This document shows, in pieces, positions 29,282 to 38,809 of a stretch of DNA of 64,000 nucleotides; the first letter of the stretch is position 1, and the number at the start of each line of letters is the position of its first letter. The position numbers were made by a program, and so were the translations under genes. Below the pieces are notes generated by a model. The model saw only the letters and a program-made list of their open reading frames with translations. It ran no database searches and was not told the origin of the DNA. Source of the DNA: Myxococcota bacterium (GTDB lineage: Bacteria > Myxococcota_A > SURF-8); contig OZ223209.1 of NCBI GenBank assembly GCA_965140415.1, forward strand, positions 3,008,001 through 3,072,000. The letters are read 5' to 3'.

Positions 29282-30367
29282 ATGCCGGAACGTATTTTCA
29301 ATTTTGCAGCCGGTCCCTGTACGCTTCCCTTGGATGTTCTGAAGAAGCAGCAGGAACAGTGGGTAAATTTCGACAACACGGGGATGTCGCTGATCGAGAT
29401 GAGCCATCGTGGCGCAATCTACGATGCCATCCATCAAGAGGCTGAGCGACTGGTGCACGATGTATACGATGTGCCGGACACGCATGTCATCATGTTGTTA
29501 GGTGGTGGCGCTACTCTGCAATTCGCCATGATTCCGATGAATTTCCTGCCGCAGGGCGGCTTTGCCGAATACGTTACAACCGGAACCTGGTCAACCAAGG
29601 CATTGAACGACGCCAAACTGATTGGCGACGCTCGCGAAATCGCAACCGGCAAGGATAACAACTTCACCGCGATCCCGAAAGATTTCAAGGTCAGTGCGGA
29701 TGCAACGTTCTTTCACCTGACGACCAACAACACCATTCGTGGTACCGAATGGCATACGATGCCGGAAACCGGCACTGTGCCGATCTTTGCCGACATGAGC
29801 TCGGATTTCATGAGCCGCAAAGTGGACTGGTCGAAAATCGGTATCGCTTACGGTGGCGTGCAGAAGAATCTGGGACCGGCGGGATTGTCGCTTGTGATCA
29901 TGCGCAAAGATATTCTGGAAAAAGCCAACCAGAATCTGCCTGCCTATCTGCGTTACGATCTGCATGCCAGCAAAGACAGCATGTACAACACGCCGCCGAT
30001 GTTCCAGATTTACACCGTAAAACTGGTACTGGAATGGGTACGCGACAATGGCGGTCTGGCGCAGATGGACAAATGGGCGGATGAACGCTCGGGCTTGATT
30101 TACAATGTGATGGACAAATACCCGGAATACTATCGCTGCCCGGCGGTTAAAGAGGATCGTTCCCGCATGAACGTATGTTTCCGTTTGCCGACGGAGGAAC
30201 TGGAAGCACAGTTCGTGAAGGAAGCTCTGGCAAAGGGTATGAACGGTTTGAAGGGACATCGTTCCGTCGGTGGATGCCGCGCCTCCTTGTACAATGCCAT
30301 GCCGATCGCCGGTGCCCAGGCACTTGCAGATTTCATGGTGGAGTTCATGAACGCAAACGCAAAATAA
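29282..30367 (+). CDS. serC: Phosphoserine aminotransferase
   Basis: ATG 29282 after GGAGG; FNFAAGP, EMSHR, GGATLQF, DMSS, GVQKNLGPAG, YNTPP, GHRSVGGCRASLYNA. Confidence 0.97.
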   Translation: MPERIFNFAAGPCTLPLDVLKKQQEQWVNFDNTGMSLIEMSHRGAIYDAIHQEAERLVHDVYDVPDTHVIMLLGGGATLQFAMIPMNFLPQGGFAEYVTTGTWSTKALNDAKLIGDAREIATGKDNNFTAIPKDFKVSADATFFHLTTNNTIRGTEWHTMPETGTVPIFADMSSDFMSRKVDWSKIGIAYGGVQKNLGPAGLSLVIMRKDILEKANQNLPAYLRYDLHASKDSMYNTPPMFQIYTVKLVLEWVRDNGGLAQMDKWADERSGLIYNVMDKYPEYYRCPAVKEDRSRMNVCFRLPTEELEAQFVKEALAKGMNGLKGHRSVGGCRASLYNAMPIAGAQALADFMVEFMNANAK

Positions 30368-30394
30368 TCTCTAGTTACAGCAAATCTTCTCGAC

Positions 30395-30424
30395 AAAACG
30401 GGGCCGTCATGGCCCCGTTTTTTT
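30395..30424 (+). terminator. Rho-independent, probably bidirectional terminator
   Basis: AAAACGGGGCC-GTCAT-GGCCCCGTTTT plus T run. Confidence 0.9.
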
Positions 30425-30484
30425 GTCTGCAACTTCACGTAACGAATCGAGCTTTTAAGCAGATTCGCTGGGTGCATCACTCGC

Positions 30485-33271
30485 TTACTTTGCAAGTTCT
30501 TCTTTCTCGAAAGAGTATTGGAAATGCATGGGCAATCTTTCCGGTAGCGGATCTTCGGAATCGATGCCATAGATGGATTTAATAAGAGGTTCCGCCCCGT
30601 TATAATCAATTCCTCCGACACTGACCACAATATTGACGAGACCCGGACCGGAAATCTCGCCTTCCAGTTCTCCAGACACAAGATTTGTGATTGCATCGCC
30701 GGAAGTTTGCAATTCAAGTCTGAAACTTGCGTCGTAAACATCTAGCGTTCCCAGTTGCGCGCCGGTGCTGTCTCGAACGATAAGCGGTACGAGTAAAGCT
30801 GTCCCTTCCCAATTGGAATTGGTAATGCTTCCATTGATGACTTGCTCGCTTTCCAGATCGGGAAGCAGGTTTTCGTTGTAATCAAGTGCAAAATGCTGCT
30901 TCATGGTGTTACTTGCTGCGTTGTACCCCGAAATGCCAAATAGCAGTTGGGGGATAAACCCTTTGATAACGGACCCTGCCACAGGATCGTTTGGAACCAG
31001 CAGATCCATCAGGCTGTTGTTGGTCGAGAAGAGTTGATCTGGAACGGTATCCCAACTCTCCTGGAATGTATCGAATTCCAAGCCGATCAGATCTTCAAGT
31101 TGTTTGTCGCGGCGTGTCCAGAAATGTCCCGTGTAACATTGCTCCAAGTAGCCGTAAGGGTAGGATGTCGGGCTCTTTGTCTTTTCACGGGCTAAAATCT
31201 CTACCGGGTATCGATAAAGCGCCTCGTTTGCGCGGATGATGTCAATGGCGTCTTGACTGATTTGCTGAGCATTGGCAAGGTGTTCACCGGCTGCTGCAAA
31301 TGAGGATTCACGAATACTGCTGTTCGGTTCTTCTACTGGGTCTTGTGATGCTGCACGATGTTTTTCGAGATACCACACGCGCGCCTCTGTGACACCGGAA
31401 TACAATTCGATTACATGTTGCAAGCGCATCACGAATAGCTTGTAACTTCGGTACAACTCGTTATAAAGCGATTTCTGCTGATCCGTACCGCTTTCCATTG
31501 TCTCGGGAAGATCTTCAAACAGCGCCCGGTATTCGGCTTCCATCTGCACAAGCTTGTCGTAGTCTGTTGTTTTCCATGTGTTGAAATCATCCTTGGAATA
31601 TTCAAGCACGTTTCTAAATCCGATTTTCGGTCGTCGCGCAAGAATACCTGCGACTTCCCCGATTTCATCCTGTTTCAATTCCCCGGCCACATAGAAGTAC
31701 AACAGCGGGTTATCTACAAGGAAATGCTGAACTTGTAGATTCGTCCAGGATTTAACGGTAGTCGCAACGGTTGAAGCGTTTTCCGCGTACACGTCTTTTA
31801 TGTAATCCAGGTAATCCTGCCAGGTGAACGTACTGTCCCAGGTGGAACGGGTCAGGAAATAATCGTATTGCCAATACGTCCATTCACGGCCAGAAGTGAA
31901 TGTGACGTGTCCGGTGACGTCAAGATCCGGCAGCACTTGCGATATGTCGTAAGATCTTGTGTAATTCGTGATAGGCAGCACAATTGGCGTGTTGTTATCG
32001 AAACCGAGCCACCATGCGGTTTCTGGAAAATAAACCTGCTCGCGCTTGCCGTCTGCTGCTGTCATGAAATCCACTTGCTGGTGGAAGTTTTCACAAGAAT
32101 AAACAGGAGCCGGATGTTCTAGGTCGTAAAACATCGTGGTATGAACATATGCGCCGATGCGTTCATCGGATTGCAAGGGGAGATGATAGTAGTAACCGCC
32201 GTCATCGCTTTCCAAGTCGCAGGTTGTATGAATCCAGGTATACATGCGAACGCCGTTATAGTTGGTGTCGATGTATTCGGCAGTAAGATCAAGCCAGCTT
32301 AGCATGTCCGCTTCATCCGGCTTTGTGAATTCACTGGAGCCGATCTGGAAACCGATGAAATCCATTCCTGTCGGTAAAATGAGATCCAGTTCATCGACGA
32401 TCTGTTCTTCTGGGTCTTGCATCAAATCGGTGTCCGGGTCGAGCCTGTCTTCTCTTATAATCTTGTAGCCGTTCTGTTGCTGATCGACGTAGCTAACGAA
32501 CATTCCGATGTGGATACCGTATTCATGAGCTTCATCGACGACATCGGTGATGTAGGGAATCCAGGCTTCCATATCGACCGTTTTCAGCATCATCCAGGAC
32601 ATGACATTCTGACGGTTACGTGCAAGCCAGCGCATGTAATGCGATAAATACGTTCTAAAATCGTCATTTCCGGGCCGCAGAAGAAAATCGCTCAGTGGAA
32701 TAGGATGCTGTGTATGTTCATGAAAACCACGTCGATCGAAGGAGGGCACATGCGTACTTCCGTCGTATGTCCAAGGTAGTGCGATTTCGGGATCAGATGG
32801 AAAATAATTTTCTTCCGGATGAATGTAGCGTACTCCTAGATCGGAGATCAGGTGATAAAATCCGTACGCTGCACCGACTTCCGTATTGGCTGTAATCGTC
32901 AATCCTGGCAGTCCAATCTCTCGCTTACTGATAGTGTAGCCTTGTTCGCCAAGATTCTCATTTTCTTCACTCAATATGATAATGTCAATTGCAGCCGAGG
33001 AGCTGGCATCATCAATTGATCCTTTAATGGGAGCGGTCTCGTTGCTCGCCCCCGAAATTTCCACGAAAGCCTGAATCAAATCATTGGCGGCATGTTTAAG
33101 ACCGATCCCGGAACTTTCTGGAATGATGACATCAATTTGCAGGTTGCCGGAGTTTACGACGAGCGGTGCACCTTGTTCATTTAGCAAAAGGTTATCTGAA
33201 TCCGAACAGCAGGTAAAAAGTGACAGGTTCAAGAGTGCCATGAGAATGATACCAAGAAAAGGACGTGTCAT
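30485..33271 (-). CDS. Large lipoprotein, putative glycoside hydrolase (GH20/GH67-type N-terminal domain plus barrel)
   Basis: Lipobox FTCC; EQGYTI...ITANTEVGAAYG.YHL resembles the hexosaminidase N-terminal domain; followed by PSFDRRGFHEHTQHP. Confidence 0.6.
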   Translation of the reverse strand: MTRPFLGIILMALLNLSLFTCCSDSDNLLLNEQGAPLVVNSGNLQIDVIIPESSGIGLKHAANDLIQAFVEISGASNETAPIKGSIDDASSSAAIDIIILSEENENLGEQGYTISKREIGLPGLTITANTEVGAAYGFYHLISDLGVRYIHPEENYFPSDPEIALPWTYDGSTHVPSFDRRGFHEHTQHPIPLSDFLLRPGNDDFRTYLSHYMRWLARNRQNVMSWMMLKTVDMEAWIPYITDVVDEAHEYGIHIGMFVSYVDQQQNGYKIIREDRLDPDTDLMQDPEEQIVDELDLILPTGMDFIGFQIGSSEFTKPDEADMLSWLDLTAEYIDTNYNGVRMYTWIHTTCDLESDDGGYYYHLPLQSDERIGAYVHTTMFYDLEHPAPVYSCENFHQQVDFMTAADGKREQVYFPETAWWLGFDNNTPIVLPITNYTRSYDISQVLPDLDVTGHVTFTSGREWTYWQYDYFLTRSTWDSTFTWQDYLDYIKDVYAENASTVATTVKSWTNLQVQHFLVDNPLLYFYVAGELKQDEIGEVAGILARRPKIGFRNVLEYSKDDFNTWKTTDYDKLVQMEAEYRALFEDLPETMESGTDQQKSLYNELYRSYKLFVMRLQHVIELYSGVTEARVWYLEKHRAASQDPVEEPNSSIRESSFAAAGEHLANAQQISQDAIDIIRANEALYRYPVEILAREKTKSPTSYPYGYLEQCYTGHFWTRRDKQLEDLIGLEFDTFQESWDTVPDQLFSTNNSLMDLLVPNDPVAGSVIKGFIPQLLFGISGYNAASNTMKQHFALDYNENLLPDLESEQVINGSITNSNWEGTALLVPLIVRDSTGAQLGTLDVYDASFRLELQTSGDAITNLVSGELEGEISGPGLVNIVVSVGGIDYNGAEPLIKSIYGIDSEDPLPERLPMHFQYSFEKEELAK

Positions 33272-33336
33272 TGCTTGTCTCCATATCTGAAGAAGTGGAC
33301 TTGAGCACTTATAATATCTTTTTGCAGAAATTAAGC

Positions 33337-33370
33337 AAAAAAATCGCCCCGACCCATATGGGCCGGGGCG
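33337..33370 (-). terminator. Rho-independent terminator of the 33403-35577 gene
   Basis: CGCCCCG.CCC ATAT GGG.CGGGGCG hairpin followed on the minus strand by a T run. Confidence 0.75.
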
Positions 33371-33402
33371 CGTGATTACCGAAGTGGCAATCGTCCGAGT
33401 TT

Positions 33403-35577
33403 TTACTCGTTCGGCAGGTAGTGCATGCTGAAGGACGAAATGAAGTCGTTCATCATGTTCAGGTTGGTGCCGTTGAACTCGAACAGGTCTTCGTAGGTGA
33501 TGCTGTCGCCAAGCATAATCGCCTGGGCCAGGTTGATGTCACCCAGAGTCGCCGTACGTTCTTCCAGGCCGGTGGGCTGGTCGAAAGAGAAACCATTGGC
33601 AGTCGGGCCCCAGTAAATGTGCCAGAACTTGCCAGCGGTGTCGCTGTCCATGCTCAGAACCACACGGTGGAAGCTCGCACCGCTGACCGGAGTAGCGGTC
33701 ATGCTGTGAGCGGAGTTCTCATAGCTGTAAGCCGCATCGCTCATGAAGCCCGGGAAGCTGGGGACGGTGACCGAAGTCGGGGCAGCGTCCACGCTACGGT
33801 TGATGGCGCCAGCGAGGTCGATGCTGCTGGTGTCTTCCATCAGGCCGGCGAGGTTCAGGCCGATGCTGATGGTGTAGTACGGGAAGGAAGACAGACCGCT
33901 ATGCTGCGGAGCATAAGGCATGGTCACGTCATTGATTTTGCCGTCAGCGGTGTCCTGCGGAGTTTCCGCATCCAAGCCTGCGGTCAGACCCAACGGAACA
34001 AAGCCAACACCGGTCTGCATCGCGCCGATCAGCGAGATGACGCTGTCGATGCCGCTGGTCAGGGTCGGGTATTTGACGGTGGCTTCTTTGGTCTGCTTCT
34101 GAGACAGCAGGAAGTCGCCGATGTCTTCGAACTGATCGAAGTTCAGGTCAGCCGGTTTGGCGACGTTCACGAGATCGTAACCAGGTTCGATACCATGATA
34201 GAAGTTGCCGAACAGCGGCAGCAGCGCGCCGAGGATCGGGCCGATGTTGATTTCGTCGCCCAGGTTCTGGGTGACAACGGTGATCAGTTCCTGCAAGTCA
34301 GCATAGCCGCCCAAGCCCCACAACGTGGCTTTGCCTTCCATGCCCTGAGCTTTGAAGCCTTCGACGACCGGGTCGCCCATCAGGTACAGTTCCACACCGG
34401 TGGGCAGGTCGATGGTGTCATCAAACACAGCGCCGATAGCGATGTGAGTCGGAACCATTTCGCCGATAAGGGATTCGAAGTTCAAGTCGGCCAAGGAACC
34501 GGGAATCGAGAACATGCTGATGCCCAAGCGGACGTCGCCTTCCATGATTTCAGGAATGGCACTGGCGTCTTGCTGACCCTTGACACCGGCCCATTTGGTT
34601 TTGTCGGTGTTTTTCGCCAGCGGCACATAGAAGTCGCTGATGGCGAGACCGAAGGCACTGACGAAGGTGTAATCGTCGTGGAACACGTGCATGTCGCAAC
34701 CGGTGGAGCAATCAACATTCGCGAATTCCGCCACACCGTCGGTGGTGGTGGCTTCGTTGGCAGCGCGGGTGCCGTCAACCAGGATGACGCGAGCGCCGGT
34801 AACCATCTCGCCGCTGGTCTGATCAAACACGATCACGCGGGAGCTGCCGGAGGTAACATTGTTGAAGTTGATGTAGGTAACGGTAGCGACCGGGCTGTTC
34901 GCATCACAGGTCAGCTTAGCAGTGATGGTCGCGGTACCCGCAGTGCCGCCACCAGTGATGGTGCCGTCAGCGGCTACGTCGACGATGCTGGAATCGTCGG
35001 TGGCCCAGGTGAAGGCTCCGTCGCCAGCGGTAAGTTCCAACTTGGCGCCGTTTGTGTTCAGCAGGGTAGCGGACAGATCCAGGCTTTCGCCTTCACGGAT
35101 TACGCCACTGCCTTCGTTGATTACCAGGCTTTCGCCGTCCGGGCAGGCGAGAACTTCGGTGCAGACACCGGCCAGACACGCGGTACCGGTCGGGCAGTCA
35201 GCATTTTTGTCACAGGGAGCCAGGTAACACAGGTAGTCATCCATGTCGCAAATGGCGCCAGCAGATTCCAATAGGGTGACACACTCACCGTCGGTTTCAC
35301 ATTCTTGCTCGGTACAAATCAGGGTGTCGTTGTGGCAGGAAGCGCCATCGGGGCAATCCGCATTGGTTTCACAACCGTCGCCGATCGCAGGACCGGTGGC
35401 ATCGCCATCAGTGGCATCGCCGTCGGTGGTGTCGCCATCGGTGTCGCCGTCGACGTTGCTGTCGCCGTCGGGATTCGTGTCGCCATCAACCGGATCTTCA
35501 TCGCTGCCGCCGCAACCGGCGATAACGACGAACATGGCGAGCATCAATAGCAATGCAAGCAAACTTTTCTTCGTCAT
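33403..35577 (-). CDS. Surface lipoprotein: DGD tract, Cys-rich modules, Big_2 Ig-like domain, large beta-rich C-terminal region
   Basis: AAAGGAGGAG RBS, lipobox IAGC, DGD repeats, CETNADCPDG..C modules, FTWATDDSSIVDVAADGTITG; strong third-position codon bias. Confidence 0.8.
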   Translation of the reverse strand: MTKKSLLALLLMLAMFVVIAGCGGSDEDPVDGDTNPDGDSNVDGDTDGDTTDGDATDGDATGPAIGDGCETNADCPDGASCHNDTLICTEQECETDGECVTLLESAGAICDMDDYLCYLAPCDKNADCPTGTACLAGVCTEVLACPDGESLVINEGSGVIREGESLDLSATLLNTNGAKLELTAGDGAFTWATDDSSIVDVAADGTITGGGTAGTATITAKLTCDANSPVATVTYINFNNVTSGSSRVIVFDQTSGEMVTGARVILVDGTRAANEATTTDGVAEFANVDCSTGCDMHVFHDDYTFVSAFGLAISDFYVPLAKNTDKTKWAGVKGQQDASAIPEIMEGDVRLGISMFSIPGSLADLNFESLIGEMVPTHIAIGAVFDDTIDLPTGVELYLMGDPVVEGFKAQGMEGKATLWGLGGYADLQELITVVTQNLGDEINIGPILGALLPLFGNFYHGIEPGYDLVNVAKPADLNFDQFEDIGDFLLSQKQTKEATVKYPTLTSGIDSVISLIGAMQTGVGFVPLGLTAGLDAETPQDTADGKINDVTMPYAPQHSGLSSFPYYTISIGLNLAGLMEDTSSIDLAGAINRSVDAAPTSVTVPSFPGFMSDAAYSYENSAHSMTATPVSGASFHRVVLSMDSDTAGKFWHIYWGPTANGFSFDQPTGLEERTATLGDINLAQAIMLGDSITYEDLFEFNGTNLNMMNDFISSFSMHYLPNE

Positions 35578-35829
35578 TGTCCAACTCCTCCTTTGTTAAC
35601 GTTACGTGCGAGTATTGAGAGTATAATATATACTCTATCTCGCCTTCCCAAAATCGTCTCCCATCTACTTAATTTCTCTAATAGTTGTATCTATAGTTCT
35701 CATTCGAGTCACTTGTCAATACTGCAAAACAGCATTTCTGTCAAGCCATTCGCGAACTTTCACAACACAAAAAATAGTTTTTTACACTTTCTCAAACATT
35801 CCTCCTTTCCGAGCGAGAGAGTGTGTACC

Positions 35830-38115
35830 TCAACGTTGTGTTAAGAAGAAGCGCGAATATCTGGCCACTTTCCGGTCTAATTGGGAGAGTGGCACCCTGT
35901 TGAATGTTGCTATCGAGTCCAAAGTTTGATCTTCAATCAAATCAATGGCCGTAATTTCAAACTCATTCGAGAGCGGATCGTCTTCCGGGGGAATGGGGAG
36001 TTTTGCCTGTGTATGATCTTTATTAAGGAATACTTCCCAGCGACGTCCGTCTGTCTTAAAGCATAGGCGGTGTAAATCCGCCTCTTGATCGTTTGGATAA
36101 ATCTGCAACTGGCGCGTATCGGTGTCGGCGTATGCAAGATGCACGAATTGAAGAAAATCACCTGATTCCGCATCCGAAGGCGATTCGGTAAAACGCTGAA
36201 TGATGGCGGAATAGGACATCATGGAAAGATCCCTCTCGATGAAACGCGAGAAGGGGAGCGCGTAGGTGACCACGATATATTCATCAGGAGTCAATGGACC
36301 ATAATAAGGCGCGAAATACGTGTTCAACTCTCCACCGCTGCCGACAGAGGGCTTATCAAGCGCAGCGTCGGTTTCAACGACGCGCATTCCGATTCCCATG
36401 GGAACGAACTGGGCACCACCTGCACGTACGCCAACCATGGAAAAAAGACCATTAAGGATATGCTGTTGTAACATCGGCAATGTGCCGGTTTGCAACGTAA
36501 GCTTTTGAGATAAGGGTTGTTCCAGAGAGAGCGGCGCTTCCAAATCCTGATACTTCTCATAATTAGGCACGAGATCCCCGGTGTCGCCGTTGCCGTTTAA
36601 ATCACTTCGGTTATTGGGATAAGTGGTTTGATTTCCATCATCTATAACCATGGCCGTTTCGATGATTTCCGGAGTATCTTGAACACCGTGGTAATAACGG
36701 GCAGATTGTGACAGCGAAGTAAGCAGAAATGCCATGACATCCGACCAGCCCTGATCCATGCGTTCAATGATGGATGTAACGAGGTCGCTTTCGCTGATAA
36801 AGCCTCCCAGACTCCAGGACATCAAACTGTTCGGTTCACTATCCACGTAATAGGGATCCAACGTGTTGGATTTAAAAGGATTTAAAGAAACATTCGATGG
36901 AAACGGAATTTCGCTGTGGAAGGGACCGGAAAACGGCACTTGTGTCATTACGAAATTCGAGAAGATCGCTCCCAGATGCATATCGAGTAAACTGCGCGTA
37001 TAGGACATCCCTGAAATGCCAAAGCGAAGATCCCGGTGCAGAATATCTGGGATCTGGGTAAAGTCGATCACAGCTTTCACACCGGATGCGGCATGCTGGT
37101 CGGTATAGGCTTCAAGCGGAATCAGGAAATCCTTACTTTCATCGGAGTCTTTTTCGGAATCCGATTCGAGTCCAATCAGGCTGACATAGTGGTAATCGCT
37201 ATGAAATACATGGATGTCATAGGGCGGCTCTACGTCTTCGAAGTACGACACCCCCTTTGTCGTATCGACAGGGGTTCTCATCGAATGACCATTGACGATA
37301 ACCAGAGCATCTCCAACTAAGGACCAGTCGTTCTTGTCTGCAACAATGACGCGCAGGCCACTATCCTGTTTGGACAGGTTTTGCACGGTAATCGTAGCAG
37401 ACAGGTTAATGCTTGGGCAGTCGCCCTCTAAAAACTCAACCTTGGCAACAAGTGTCGTCGTCCCTGTACGGACGCTGCCGTACACTTTGCATTCTTCATC
37501 ATCAACCGTAGCCACTTCAGTAGAAAGCGATTGCCATCGAATTCGATATTGACCGATATTGGGCACCACCGTGCCATTCACATCGAGGATATGAGTGCTT
37601 AAAGGCTGTCCGATTCCACTGTAGAGAATCGGAAAAATAGGATCTATCAAGATATCTGAAATTTCGGAACATTCAGGAAGGGGAGTGCAATAGCCTCCCG
37701 TACAGTAGCTTGTTCCTTTGCAATCCGAATTCGAATTACAGGCAATTGGAAGACAAAGTCTGTTTTGCTCACAATAGCGAGCCCCACTGTAGGCATCGCT
37801 GCAAGTTTCATCGCTATCGCACTCTTCTAAGCGGCACGAGAAAAACATGGGATCGCAGGCCAAGCCATCAGGGCAATCTTCATCATCGGAGCAGGACTGC
37901 GCAACGTCACTTTCACCAGCATCCACATCGCCGTCTGATAATGGCGAGTCCTGATCTGCACCCTGATCCGGCAAGGAATCGTCACCATTCGGGGAAGATG
38001 CCGAACTGCCGCCGTCTCCACAGCTACTCATCGCCGTGACCGCAAATAGCAACAGCAACAACGTTAGAAGCAGTCCCATTGTTGATGGTGTTTTATGTGA
38101 AAATCTGAAACTCAT
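35830..38115 (-). CDS. Paralogue of the 33403-35577 lipoprotein (start uncertain: 38115 or 38079)
   Basis: Lipobox MSSC, DGD, CSDDEDCPDG modules; colinear motifs DIHVFHSDYHYVS/DMHVFHDDYTFVS, DLRFGIS/DVRLGIS, WSLGG/WGLGG, FVPMG/FVPLG, FAPYYGPL/YAPQHSGL. Confidence 0.8.
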   Translation of the reverse strand: MSFRFSHKTPSTMGLLLTLLLLLFAVTAMSSCGDGGSSASSPNGDDSLPDQGADQDSPLSDGDVDAGESDVAQSCSDDEDCPDGLACDPMFFSCRLEECDSDETCSDAYSGARYCEQNRLCLPIACNSNSDCKGTSYCTGGYCTPLPECSEISDILIDPIFPILYSGIGQPLSTHILDVNGTVVPNIGQYRIRWQSLSTEVATVDDEECKVYGSVRTGTTTLVAKVEFLEGDCPSINLSATITVQNLSKQDSGLRVIVADKNDWSLVGDALVIVNGHSMRTPVDTTKGVSYFEDVEPPYDIHVFHSDYHYVSLIGLESDSEKDSDESKDFLIPLEAYTDQHAASGVKAVIDFTQIPDILHRDLRFGISGMSYTRSLLDMHLGAIFSNFVMTQVPFSGPFHSEIPFPSNVSLNPFKSNTLDPYYVDSEPNSLMSWSLGGFISESDLVTSIIERMDQGWSDVMAFLLTSLSQSARYYHGVQDTPEIIETAMVIDDGNQTTYPNNRSDLNGNGDTGDLVPNYEKYQDLEAPLSLEQPLSQKLTLQTGTLPMLQQHILNGLFSMVGVRAGGAQFVPMGIGMRVVETDAALDKPSVGSGGELNTYFAPYYGPLTPDEYIVVTYALPFSRFIERDLSMMSYSAIIQRFTESPSDAESGDFLQFVHLAYADTDTRQLQIYPNDQEADLHRLCFKTDGRRWEVFLNKDHTQAKLPIPPEDDPLSNEFEITAIDLIEDQTLDSIATFNRVPLSQLDRKVARYSRFFLTQR

Positions 38116-38191
38116 GATGTTAATAACGATATCCCACCTTTTGCAAGGAAAGCGATGATTGGATAAGCGAGTCCAAAACTCGCCGTTTTGG

Positions 38192-38207
38192 TGCAAGAAA
38201 TATGCCT
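38192..38207 (-). promoter_or_regulatory. Putative sigma-54 (-24/-12) promoter
   Basis: Minus strand AGGCATATTTCTTGCA, exact GG-N10-GC spacing, ~80 bp upstream of the lipoprotein start. Confidence 0.55.
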
Positions 38208-38393
38208 TGCCTAAGAATTATATTCCAACTATTTGAAATCAGGAGGTTTCATGAAGTAATGCTCAATTCTGGAAATGTAGAAAAGCTGACAAATATGTCG
38301 GGGTGTAAATCGTTCGTGGCAGCTGAAGGCTTCCGCATTCGCCAATCAAATCCTAAAGCTATTGGCTTAAACTGGCAAAGACATACAGACTAG

Positions 38394-38440
38394 CAAAGAA
38401 AAACCGGAATCGTCATGCTAATTTAGCTAACGATTCCGGT
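38394..38440 (-). terminator. Terminator downstream of tRNA-His
   Basis: ACCGGAATCGT...ACGATTCCGGT inverted repeat followed on the minus strand by TTTTCTTT. Confidence 0.75.
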
Positions 38441-38448
38441 GTGTTTCC

Positions 38449-38525
38449 TGGTACCACCGATGTGATTTGAACACATGACTTCCTGATCCACAATCAGGCG
38501 CTCTAACCAGCTGAGCTACGGCGGC
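38449..38525 (-). tRNA. tRNA-His (GUG), CCA encoded
   Basis: GCCGCCG TA GCTC AGCTGGTTA GAGC G CCTGA TTGTGGA TCAGG AAGTC ATGTG TTCAAAT CACAT CGGTGGT A CCA folds as a complete cloverleaf with anticodon GTG. Confidence 0.95.
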
Positions 38526-38540
38526 CCGTAAAGTTTCGTT

Positions 38541-38569
38541 AGTTTAGAGATGCACCCGGTTTCTGTCAA
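38541..38569 (-). promoter_or_regulatory. Sigma-70 promoter of tRNA-His
   Basis: Minus strand TTGACA-17 bp-TAAACT about 15 bp upstream of the tRNA. Confidence 0.7.
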
Positions 38570-38809
38570 GAAATTTCCGTACTCGAATTTGCATCTTGAT
38601 TTCGTTGATTGAATTCCGCTTTTGCACGTTCTCCCTAAGTAAAATAAAGAGTGAAAGATTGGTATGTATGAGAGCCCGATTGTCTAAAATTGTGTGCCGC
38701 CACCCCGGCGTACCTACACCGTGAGACATTAAAAAGTTATTGTTTTAAAAGACTTTCTGTTATACTACGTTACCCTATACCCAATTACTTATTTACGGGA
38801 GTGGAATTC

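Noticed and set aside
33421-35274. 617-codon plus-strand ORF
   Set aside because: In-register antisense shadow of the strongly codon-biased lipoprotein gene; no RBS or recognisable motifs.
30485-38449. Genomic island integrated at the tRNA-His 3' end
   Set aside because: No integrase, and I saw no duplicated tRNA 3' end; the genes share the DGD-lipoprotein style of the rest of the window.
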